From the NCBI GenBank assembly GCA_051746725.1, contig JBNJFI010000039.1:1-18411 (forward strand): 18,411 bases of DNA. Direction: 5' to 3'. The DNA is from Fusobacteriota bacterium (lineage in GTDB: Bacteria; Fusobacteriota; Fusobacteriia; Fusobacteriales; JBNJFI01). Positions within the stretch are counted from its first letter, which is position 1. Each line of letters opens with the position of its first letter. A program made the position numbers and the translations under genes. Positions 1 to 7,351 of the stretch are shown here, in pieces. Under the pieces are notes generated by a model. It saw only the letters and a list, made by a program, of their open reading frames with translations, ran no database searches and was not told where the DNA came from.

Positions 1-72
1 GATGGTAATCCCCATCTTTTTTGTAATTGGTATCTGTTTATATAAAAATTCTTGGAACTCACTTTTATTCAT
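1..72 (-). CDS. 5' end of a probable YiiD C-terminal-like (hotdog) thioesterase; runs off the window
   Basis: Not in the ORF track. ATG at 72-70 preceded by a GGAGG RBS (78-82). Reads MNKSEFQEFLYKQIPITKKMGITI..., resembling the 'L..QIP(I/L)..(A)MG' N-terminus of YiiD_C thioesterases. Only 24 codons are visible. Confidence 0.65.
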   Translation of the reverse strand, partial: MNKSEFQEFLYKQIPITKKMGITI

Positions 73-101
73 TATCTCCTCCATGTATTATTTTATTATT
101 A

Positions 102-351
102 GCTAGTTGCAAAATTTTAATCTACTGATTTTATTTGATTTATTAGACCTAATAATTACAGCTTCCCTCCATTTTTATATACTGCTCACACCCGGGCAAA
201 CGCCATTTGCCCTTACAGAAAAACTTATATCCTTATACCTACGTAACCTGACCGTAAGGGCGAAGGGCCTTCGCCCGCATCACCCAAAACTAATTCTATT
301 AATAAATCTGTGGAAAACTTGATCTCTTATCTTTTTAGTTTTGCAACTTCC
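102..351. mobile_element. MITE-like non-autonomous element (~250 bp) containing a REP doublet
   Basis: Terminal inverted repeats AGTTGCAAAA (105-114) and TTTTGCAACT (339-348). Identical 14-bp direct repeat TATTATTTTATTAT on both flanks (86-99 and 352-365). No transposase. Confidence 0.55.
194..276. repeat. Pair of 23-nt GTAA-headed REP-like palindromes in divergent orientation
   Basis: 194-216 reads GTAAGGGCAAATGGCGTTTGCCC on the minus strand; 254-276 reads GTAAGGGCGAAGGGCCTTCGCCC on the plus strand. Each has a 7-bp stem and 5-nt loop, with compensatory differences between the copies. GC-rich island in AT-rich DNA. Confidence 0.7.
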
Positions 352-434
352 TATTATTTTATTATAAGTAATTGTAAAATTCTAATCCATTAATATCTCC
401 TTCTTCTTCTTGATTTTTAAGCAATCTTACTATA

Positions 435-463
435 ATCATACTATATATTTTTTTAGTTTTCAA
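435..463 (-). promoter_or_regulatory. Putative sigma70 promoter for the thioesterase gene
   Basis: TTGAAA (463-458), 17 nt, TATGAT (440-435), downstream of the ABC operon terminator. Chance matches are likely in AT-rich DNA. Confidence 0.4.
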
Positions 464-525
464 ATATATTTCAAAATATATTTATTCTTGATAAAAAGTA
501 TAATTAGTTATATTTTTTAGAAAAT

Positions 526-561
526 AAAAAACAGAAAGCCCTTTTAAAGACTCTCTGTTTT
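526..561 (-). terminator. Intrinsic terminator of the ABC/TolC operon
   Basis: Minus strand ACAGAGAGTC...GGCTTTCTGT stem (with G-U pairs) followed by a U-run. Confidence 0.7.
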
Positions 562-640
562 ATAGCTTTTTTCCTTTCAAAAGCTCCCCATGGCATTAAA
601 TATGTTCTTAAAGCTTTCTTCCAGTAAAATTTAAATAAAA

Positions 641-1852
641 TTATTCATGTCTCAAGGCATCAATAGGATTTAATTCAGACGCTTTTTTGGCTGGATAAGT
701 CCCAAATAATATCCCAATACCACCAGAAACCAACAAAGATATTGCAATCATTTTATAATCTAGTATTGGCTTTATTCCAATAAACATACCTATTATTTCA
801 CTTATAAACATACCTAAAAGCAATCCTATTATTCCTCCTAATAATGTAAGAGTTATTGCTTCAACAATAAATTGATACATTATATCACTTTTTTGAGCCC
901 CCAAAGCTTTCCTGATTCCTATTTCACGTATTCTTTCTGTAACACTTACAAGCATTATATTCATTACTCCTATCCCACCTACTAAAAGCGATATTCCACC
1001 CACAGCAGTTAAAAGTAAGGATAAAGTTCTTAAGATATCATTAAAAGAACTAGCAGGAGAAAAGTCTGCCCCTGGTTCATATATTCCTCTTTTTTTATGA
1101 GCATTTTCCAAATATTTAATTATCTCTCCTGTAACTTTTTCTTTTACATTTATATCTGTAACAGATACCTTTAAGCTGGATATTATCTCACTATCTTCAT
1201 AATATTTCTGAAATGTTGTATATGGAATATATGGTAAATACACTTCATTTCCAAATGATCCCATAAGTGATTTCATCGGGTTTTCATACACACCTATAAT
1301 CATAAATTCTTGACTTCCACCACGTCTAGATTCAACTTCTAGAGTTTCTCCTGCTACATCTATTCTTTCAAATCTTCGCATAGCGTAGATATCATCTATT
1401 AATATTACTCGAGAAGCTTTTGCCAACTCTTCAGTAGTTATTTGTCTTCCGTATAACATTTTAGCACCTTCTAGATTTTCAAATTCTATTCCAGTAGCAG
1501 ACATTCTACTATATCTAGGTCTATCCGAGTTCAATGTTTTAAGTCTTACAATTGTTCTCATACTAGGAGTTATTCCAGTAATATTTTTAATCTCCTCGAT
1601 ATTTTCAATATCCTCATAATTTATATAATCTCTTTGGCTTAAATCTTCTTCCGATTCTACTGAAATAGTTATAGTTTTATCTGATAAGGCCACTAAATCC
1701 CCTGTTATAGATTGTTGGCTCCCTTTTCCAACTGTTGATATAATTATGACAGAGGAGATTCCTATTATTATTCCCAGCATTGTCAATATAGATCTTACTT
1801 TATTACTACCTAGACTTTTAAATGCCAGTTTTATTATTTCCCAAAATTTCAT
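641..1852 (-). CDS. MacB/FtsX-family ABC transporter permease (YknZ-like)
   Basis: RSILTMLGIIIG N-terminal TM, large periplasmic domain, GGIGVMNIMLVSVTERIREIGIRKALGA signature, PAKKASELNPIDALRHE end; GAGGAGG RBS. Confidence 0.95.
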   Translation of the reverse strand: MKFWEIIKLAFKSLGSNKVRSILTMLGIIIGISSVIIISTVGKGSQQSITGDLVALSDKTITISVESEEDLSQRDYINYEDIENIEEIKNITGITPSMRTIVRLKTLNSDRPRYSRMSATGIEFENLEGAKMLYGRQITTEELAKASRVILIDDIYAMRRFERIDVAGETLEVESRRGGSQEFMIIGVYENPMKSLMGSFGNEVYLPYIPYTTFQKYYEDSEIISSLKVSVTDINVKEKVTGEIIKYLENAHKKRGIYEPGADFSPASSFNDILRTLSLLLTAVGGISLLVGGIGVMNIMLVSVTERIREIGIRKALGAQKSDIMYQFIVEAITLTLLGGIIGLLLGMFISEIIGMFIGIKPILDYKMIAISLLVSGGIGILFGTYPAKKASELNPIDALRHE

Positions 1853-1865
1853 ATTTCCTCCTCTC

Positions 1866-2543
1866 TCAAAAATTTGTAGTATCTGAAATTATATTTCCAT
1901 CTTTAAATTCAACAATTCTTTTAGAATTTTCAGCAATCGATTCTTCATGGGTAACCATTACCACGGTAGTTCCGTCCTCATTTAATTTTTTAAAAATATC
2001 GATAATTTCTTGTTCGGATTTACTATCTAGATTTCCTGTGGGTTCATCTGCAAGTATTAATTTAGGATCATTTACCAATGCACGTGCTATTGCCACTCTT
2101 TGTTTCTGACCACCGCTTAGTTCATTTGGTCTATGATCAGCTCTATCACCTAATCCAACTTTTTCCAAGGCCCAAGTTGCTTTTTCGTGCCGATTTTTAG
2201 CATGTACACCAGAATAGATCATTGGCAATTCAACATTTTCTAGTGCACTAAATTTTGGTAAAAGATTAAATGATTGAAATACAAATCCTATTAATTTATT
2301 TCTAACTGTAGCTAATTCAGATTCATCCATATGTGATACATCTATTTCATCTAAAAAGTATTGCCCCTTTGTGGATTTATCCAAACACCCTAAAATATTC
2401 ATCATTGTCGATTTTCCACTTCCACTTTTACCAATAATAGCTACAAAATCTCCTTTTGATATATGAAGATTAATATCCTTTAAAGCTTCAACTTTTATTT
2501 TCCCATTTTTATAAACTTTTTTGATGTTTTTTAATTTTATCAT
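1866..2543 (-). CDS. ABC transporter ATP-binding protein (LolD/MacB-type)
   Basis: Walker A GKSGSGKST, signature LSGGQKQRV, Walker B ILADEPTGNLD, H-loop VTHE. ATGA overlap with the upstream MFP gene. Confidence 0.97.
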   Translation of the reverse strand: MIKLKNIKKVYKNGKIKVEALKDINLHISKGDFVAIIGKSGSGKSTMMNILGCLDKSTKGQYFLDEIDVSHMDESELATVRNKLIGFVFQSFNLLPKFSALENVELPMIYSGVHAKNRHEKATWALEKVGLGDRADHRPNELSGGQKQRVAIARALVNDPKLILADEPTGNLDSKSEQEIIDIFKKLNEDGTTVVMVTHEESIAENSKRIVEFKDGNIISDTTNF

Positions 2544-4018
2544 CTTCGACCTCCTCCGCCACCGCCTCCGAATCCACCAGAACCTTCTGAATTAGGTACA
2601 TCGCTGGTCATTCGATCAACAGGTTTTACTATTTGTCCTTCTTTAACATTAGAACCATTAATTATAATTTTTATACTCTCGTCTAAATTTAAAACTTCTA
2701 CTTGAGTGTCATTGGATATTCCAGTTTCTACCTCTTTTTTGCCCACAATATTTCCAGATTCAAGAACCATTACATATTTTTTTCTAGCTTCTGATATTAC
2801 TGCAAAACTAGGAATTATCATAATGTCTTCTTTTTTGTCCACAATTATCTCTAAATCAACATCATATCCAGGTTTTAATTTGCTTTTTTCGCTATTAAAA
2901 TCTATTTCAATGCCAATTACTGTATCTGTATATCCACTTCCACTTTCTTTTCTAGCTATACTATCTATTTTTGTAATATTTCCTGTATAATATTCATTTT
3001 TATCTAAAGAATCAGAAGTTATTTTCACTTTTTGACCTAATTTTAAATTCTTAATATCATATGAAGTAATATCTGCATTTATATATTGAGAATTAATATC
3101 TGCAATTGTCATTAAACTATTTTCCATATTAACTCTAAAGTTATCTTCAGCATTTACATTTATTATTGTTCCATCAACAGGACTTTTTATCTCCTCATAG
3201 GTATCTGCTAAGTCTTTTTCTAAAGATCTAATCTCTAAATCTAATACCTTTATTGTGTTTTTTATTTTCTGAATATTATTTTCTTGTTTTAAAAGGTTCT
3301 CTTTATAATTCCTTTTGGCTTCTTGATATTCTTTTTCTAATAGTTCTTTATTTTTCGATAACTCCTCTAATTCTATTTTTAAACTTCTTATCTGACTCTC
3401 CTTAGATTCCACAGAGCTTTCTAAATTCAATTTTTTCTGCATAGCTCCATTATATTCATCAATTGATATGCCTTCAACTTCAAAAAGTTGCTTTTTTATT
3501 TCTAAATCCTTTTTTGCATTTTCGTATTCAACCTTGGTATTTTCTAATTCTATTTTAGCTATTCTAATATTTTCTAATATTTTTTTTCTGTCTGTTTCTA
3601 ATTTATCCAACTCTCTTTCTTTAGTCAATATATTCATATTGCTAACTTCGAATTGATTTTCCTCTAAATTCATTTTATTATTTTCTATTTCTATTTTCTT
3701 TTTTGAAATATTTTGTCTTATCTCCTCTTTTTCTTCTGGATCAAAAGAAATTAAAAGATCTCCTTTTTTGACCTCATCTCCTTCATCTACATATACCTTT
3801 TCAACTCTTTGAGCTTTACTCAAAAATATAACCTCTTCATTTTTAATCTCAATTGTTCCTTCTGTTTTTACAGAAGATGCAATTTCTCCTTTTTGTGGAG
3901 TTTTAACTATTACCTCTGATATCTTATTCTCATCACTATTTTTATATCGATAATAATAAAACCCACCTACTCCAAATATTATTATGGCTAAAATAATCCC
4001 TGTTATTATTTTTTTCAT
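2540..4018 (-). CDS. Efflux periplasmic adaptor / membrane fusion protein (MacA/HlyD family)
   Basis: N-terminal TM anchor; lipoyl half-motifs VYVDEGDEVKKGDLL and IKSPVDGTI flanking a long coiled coil; LKPGYDV and VETGISND beta-barrel/membrane-proximal motifs. Confidence 0.9.
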   Translation of the reverse strand: MKKIITGIILAIIIFGVGGFYYYRYKNSDENKISEVIVKTPQKGEIASSVKTEGTIEIKNEEVIFLSKAQRVEKVYVDEGDEVKKGDLLISFDPEEKEEIRQNISKKKIEIENNKMNLEENQFEVSNMNILTKERELDKLETDRKKILENIRIAKIELENTKVEYENAKKDLEIKKQLFEVEGISIDEYNGAMQKKLNLESSVESKESQIRSLKIELEELSKNKELLEKEYQEAKRNYKENLLKQENNIQKIKNTIKVLDLEIRSLEKDLADTYEEIKSPVDGTIINVNAEDNFRVNMENSLMTIADINSQYINADITSYDIKNLKLGQKVKITSDSLDKNEYYTGNITKIDSIARKESGSGYTDTVIGIEIDFNSEKSKLKPGYDVDLEIIVDKKEDIMIIPSFAVISEARKKYVMVLESGNIVGKKEVETGISNDTQVEVLNLDESIKIIINGSNVKEGQIVKPVDRMTSDVPNSEGSGGFGGGGGGGRR

Positions 4019-4035
4019 CTTTTTCCTCCTCTAAG

Positions 4036-5277
4036 TTATCTAATCAAATTTTGATATTCATAATAAGTAATATAATAATCCATCTCCAAATTTATTAATT
4101 CTATTCTACTTGAAGTTAATTCATTTTCATTTTTTAAAAAATCTAAAGTACTTATATATCTATTTTCATATTTTATCTTATCTATTTTATAGGATTCCTC
4201 TAAACTTTCAACACTTTTCTTCTGGGAATCTATCAGTAGATCATATCCCTCTAGTTCTTTTTCCTTTTCTTTTATTTCTAAAGTAATCTCTCTTTCTTTT
4301 TCTTTTTCATCTAATTCAGAGATTTTTATATCGTTTTGATTCTTTTCATAACTAGCTTTTTTGGATCCCCAATCATAGATATCATAACTAATAGATATAC
4401 CTGCTCTCCAATTCCAATCTTTAAATGAGTCTACTAAATTTTCATCGGAAGCACTATATGAAAAACTAAAACTTATATCTGGATATAAATTTGCTTTAGA
4501 TATATCTTTAGTCATATAATTTAGTTCTTGATTTAATTTTAAAATTTGTATTTCAATATTTTCATCTAAGATCCTATCTCTTTGGTCTGAATTAGCTTTT
4601 TTAATTGATATTTCAGGAGTTATTATATTAATTTCTTCATCACTTTCTAATCCAATTAAATTTTTTAATTTCTCCAATGCAATCTCATATTCCTGTTTAG
4701 ATTTTATTAAGTTTGCTTTAGATTTCATTAAAGAACTTTCTAATTTTAAGATTTCACTTCTAGATATCGATTGTTTTTCATATAATATCTTTCCATTTTC
4801 ATATTGTTTTAATAACTCTTCATAAGATTTTTTATAAGCATCTTTTTCAAATTTTCCTTTTAATGTATTTATATATTTTAGTTTTATCTGATGTCTGATA
4901 TTATATAACAGTTCTTCATGCCTTTTTTGACTAATATCATCTCTTAATTTAGTACTTTCATATTCCAAAGTTTCCTTACCCCATGTATAAATAGGCTGTC
5001 TAATAGAAATGCTATTACTATAACTTGTCCTAGCTGTATCTTTTCCATCTTTATTGATCCCGGTGGAACCACTTATTCCTGGTAATCTATCACCCTTTGC
5101 TTTTTTGACATCAAGCTCACTGTTTTCTAGCTCTAAGTTACTCTTTAAAATACTATAATTATTTTTTTCTCCTATTTCCAAAGCTTTATTTAAATCCAAG
5201 TCATAGGAAAATGCTAAACTAACTACCATTAGAAATAAAGTGATTCTTTTAATAATTCTTCCAATAAGTCTTTTCAT
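4036..5277 (-). CDS. TolC-family outer membrane efflux protein
   Basis: Signal peptide ending in LAFS, two OEP-like repeats (LPGISGS...ISIRQPIYTWG; LYPDISFS...ISYDIYDWG). Start reassigned to ATG at 5277 because the GAGGAGG RBS lies at 5284-5290 (413 aa). Confidence 0.9.
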   Translation of the reverse strand: MKRLIGRIIKRITLFLMVVSLAFSYDLDLNKALEIGEKNNYSILKSNLELENSELDVKKAKGDRLPGISGSTGINKDGKDTARTSYSNSISIRQPIYTWGKETLEYESTKLRDDISQKRHEELLYNIRHQIKLKYINTLKGKFEKDAYKKSYEELLKQYENGKILYEKQSISRSEILKLESSLMKSKANLIKSKQEYEIALEKLKNLIGLESDEEINIITPEISIKKANSDQRDRILDENIEIQILKLNQELNYMTKDISKANLYPDISFSFSYSASDENLVDSFKDWNWRAGISISYDIYDWGSKKASYEKNQNDIKISELDEKEKEREITLEIKEKEKELEGYDLLIDSQKKSVESLEESYKIDKIKYENRYISTLDFLKNENELTSSRIELINLEMDYYITYYEYQNLIR

Positions 5278-5303
5278 TTTTTTCCTCCTCATATTTTTCT
5301 TTT

Positions 5304-5336
5304 ATTATATATTAATAATGTGTCATCTATGTGACA
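5304..5336 (-). promoter_or_regulatory. Promoter of the tolC operon with an OmpR/PhoB-type tandem repeat
   Basis: Minus strand TGTCACA-N4-TGACACA (5336-5319; 11-bp period) located 9 nt upstream of a perfect TATAAT (5309-5304), in place of a -35. Confidence 0.6.
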
Positions 5337-5444
5337 AAATCTTATATTTTAATAATAACTTTTCCGATTTAGGAAATTTCATTTATATAATTAATATTCT
5401 AGACCAGTGTACTTTCCTATGTAAAGACTGAAATAACAAAATAA

Positions 5445-5471
5445 GAGAAGACTCAATCAATAAGTCTCCTC
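5445..5471 (-). terminator. Intrinsic terminator downstream of the Mut7-C gene
   Basis: Minus strand GAGGAGACTT-loop-GAGTCTTCTC followed by TTATTTTGTT. Confidence 0.65.
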
Positions 5472-5615
5472 CGGTTTATTTAGCCTACTCTTTTTATAAC
5501 CCTTCTTAGTTTTCCACAATTTTAGTTTGTTTAGCGAGTTTTACACTGGGTTTTACACTTGTTAACCGTCTTTTGCACATGATTTTTAATTTTTTAAGTG
5601 CTTTTTCCACAATTG

Positions 5616-6350
5616 TTAAAAATCTAGTATATTATCCACTAATTTTTCCATCTTTTTAAAGTGTGATCCTTTCCAATAAACTTTTTTGCAATCCACACAT
5701 TGATGAAAATCAGAATAATATTTTTTTGTCTTTGGTTCTAACTTTTCTATTATCTCTTCTTTTGTAACAGATCTCATTTTACCATTACAAGATATACATC
5801 TACTCCAAAGATCTGTCCAATCACTCAACTTATACCTTTTAATTATCTCTTGAGCTTGAAGTTTTGGATCAGTGGATCTAGGATAATAACCATAAACTAC
5901 CTCACTTCTTTTTAATAATTCAGTATCCCTTGTAAGTAAAATTCTTCCTTCGTCTACTGAAATATTAGCAAGTTCTTCATCCTCTAAATCATTTCTATAT
6001 TGAGTATCTATTCCAATCATCCTAAGATAGTTGGCCAATTTTCCTAAATGAACATCTAATATAAATTTAGGTTCTCCTTTATATATTTTTCTAACCGGTG
6101 TAATTTCTGTTTTATTCAATAAATAAGATTTAGGATAAATATCTAACATATCTCGGTCTTGAACAATATATGAAAAATCCAAAGACTTACCATTTTTTAT
6201 GACATGTTCCACTTCTGTATGTGGAACTCCAACTGTCTCTATTCTATCTTTAACAGATTGTTTTCCTTTAAACTTATGCTCTCTAACTTTTTCATTATTT
6301 TTAAAAAAATAATTTAGGTTTCCAAAAAAACGAAAATATATTCTCTTCAT
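5616..6350 (-). CDS. Mut7-C RNase (PIN fold) with N-terminal ubiquitin-like domain and C-terminal Zn ribbon
   Basis: SVKDRIETVGVPHTEV (Ub-Mut7C), FILDVHLGKLANYLRMIGIDT, EGRILLTRD, CISCNG...CVDCKKVYWKGSH. Start placed at 6350 from RBS (AGGAG 6357-6361) spacing. Confidence 0.92.
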   Translation of the reverse strand: MKRIYFRFFGNLNYFFKNNEKVREHKFKGKQSVKDRIETVGVPHTEVEHVIKNGKSLDFSYIVQDRDMLDIYPKSYLLNKTEITPVRKIYKGEPKFILDVHLGKLANYLRMIGIDTQYRNDLEDEELANISVDEGRILLTRDTELLKRSEVVYGYYPRSTDPKLQAQEIIKRYKLSDWTDLWSRCISCNGKMRSVTKEEIIEKLEPKTKKYYSDFHQCVDCKKVYWKGSHFKKMEKLVDNILDF

Positions 6351-6429
6351 TTTCATCTCCTATTTTTATTCTAAGAAGTCCCTGGAGAAACAGCATTACT
6401 GTTACTCCCATTCCTTTTTAATTTATATA

Positions 6430-7068
6430 TTAATTCTTTATCGCTATCGCTCTAACCGGTGCTCCGTCTGCTTTTTTGATTTTTAAAGGCATTGCACTAA
6501 AAATAAATTCGTGAGAATCTATCAATTCTAAATTTTCAAGATTTTCAACTATTACTATATTTTCTTTCAGAAGTATTTTATGAACATTAAATCTAGTGGA
6601 TTTTATACCATCTATTGATATTGTATCTATCCCCACCCCTTTTAGATCAAATTTTGTTAACCATTTAGCTGCTTCATCTGTTAAATATGGAAATCCTTCA
6701 TAATATCTAGGGTTTCCCCAATACTCACTCCAACCTGTATTTATTATTAAAAATTCAGCATTTTTAATTTTCTCTTTATACTTTTTCAAAAAAGATATTT
6801 CTATATGTTGTTGATTTCTATCGCAAAAATCCACCATAAATGCTTTTCCCATAAAGTGACCTACAGTAAATTCCTCTAGATATTTCCCTTTATCTATCAT
6901 ATGGGCAGGTGCATCCATATGGGTTCCAGTATGTGAATACATCTGTAACTTTGATTCTCGAAATCCATCCTTATCTATTGTATTCATCTTTTTAAATACT
7001 GGCTGTTCCATAACTGGATGAATAGGCATATCTGGATAAATTTCATATGTTAAATCTATTGTCTTCAT
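6430..7068 (-). CDS. Cyclase-family metal-dependent hydrolase (kynurenine formamidase-like)
   Basis: HTGTHMDAPAH motif, GVGIDTISID, IVENLENL, ADGAPVRAIA; GGAGG RBS. Confidence 0.93.
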   Translation of the reverse strand: MKTIDLTYEIYPDMPIHPVMEQPVFKKMNTIDKDGFRESKLQMYSHTGTHMDAPAHMIDKGKYLEEFTVGHFMGKAFMVDFCDRNQQHIEISFLKKYKEKIKNAEFLIINTGWSEYWGNPRYYEGFPYLTDEAAKWLTKFDLKGVGIDTISIDGIKSTRFNVHKILLKENIVIVENLENLELIDSHEFIFSAMPLKIKKADGAPVRAIAIKN

Positions 7069-7097
7069 TGTCTTCCTCCCTTTTTTGCATATACTAT

Positions 7098-7126
7098 ATA
7101 ATAACTTTTAATTCTATTAAAATCAA
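7098..7126 (-). promoter_or_regulatory. Putative sigma70 promoter for the cyclase gene
   Basis: TTGATT (7126-7121), 17 nt, TATTAT (7103-7098). Confidence 0.45.
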
Positions 7127-7166
7127 GTTTTATCTGCTAAATTTTAAATAAAAAACTCCCCAGTAA

Positions 7167-7304
7167 CAGACTGTGTCGTAATACAGAAAATTGACATAAT
7201 TATATTTTTGTAGGGCAATGCCTTGTGCTTGCCCGGTTTTATTGAGCAATCACAAGGGGCATCCCCTACACATTAATGTCAATCTCCTATTGTAACACAG
7301 TCTG
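7167..7304. mobile_element. 138-bp palindromic MITE/REPIN-like element with TAA target duplication
   Basis: TIRs CAGACTGTGTCGTAATA and CAGACTGTGTTACAATA (14/17 match). TAA directly flanks both ends (7164-7166, 7305-7307). Inner inverted ATTGACAT arms and a convergent GTAGGG-headed REP pair (7210-7234 plus, 7244-7269 minus). Confidence 0.7.
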
Positions 7305-7351
7305 TAAAAGAGAGGTTTTGTGCGATAAATATTATTATATTTTTTATAACT

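Noticed and set aside
194..276. Possible CRISPR mini-array (two 23-nt palindromic repeats, 37-nt spacer)
   Set aside because: The repeats are inverted relative to each other and non-identical, there are only two, and no cas genes are present; REP fits better.
107..322. 71-aa plus-strand ORF
   Set aside because: TTG start without an RBS, lies wholly within the MITE/REP region and resembles no protein family.
1822..3656. Plus-strand ORFs 1822-2109, 2706-2990 and 3468-3656
   Set aside because: Antisense shadows of well-supported ABC and MFP genes, with the typical S/F/L/I-rich composition.
5240..5431. 63-aa hydrophobic plus-strand ORF (possible toxin or membrane peptide)
   Set aside because: Antisense to the tolC start and promoter; the hydrophobicity comes from T-runs; no RBS.
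5506..5610. 34-codon minus-strand ORF (VEKALKKLKIMCKRRLTSVKPSVKLAKQTKIVEN) after Mut7-C
   Set aside because: No RBS for either the GTG or the internal ATG; the repeats there are better explained at the DNA level.
5616..6350. Mut7-C PIN RNase as part of a toxin-antitoxin or defence system
   Set aside because: No antitoxin-like or ubiquitin-ligation partner genes are adjacent; stand-alone Ub-Mut7C genes are a known architecture.
6384..6408. Hairpin GGAG-A-AACAG...CTGTT-A-CTCC between the cyclase and Mut7-C genes
   Set aside because: Internal mismatch and no adjacent U-run on the coding strand, so it cannot be supported as a terminator; the genes may be co-transcribed.
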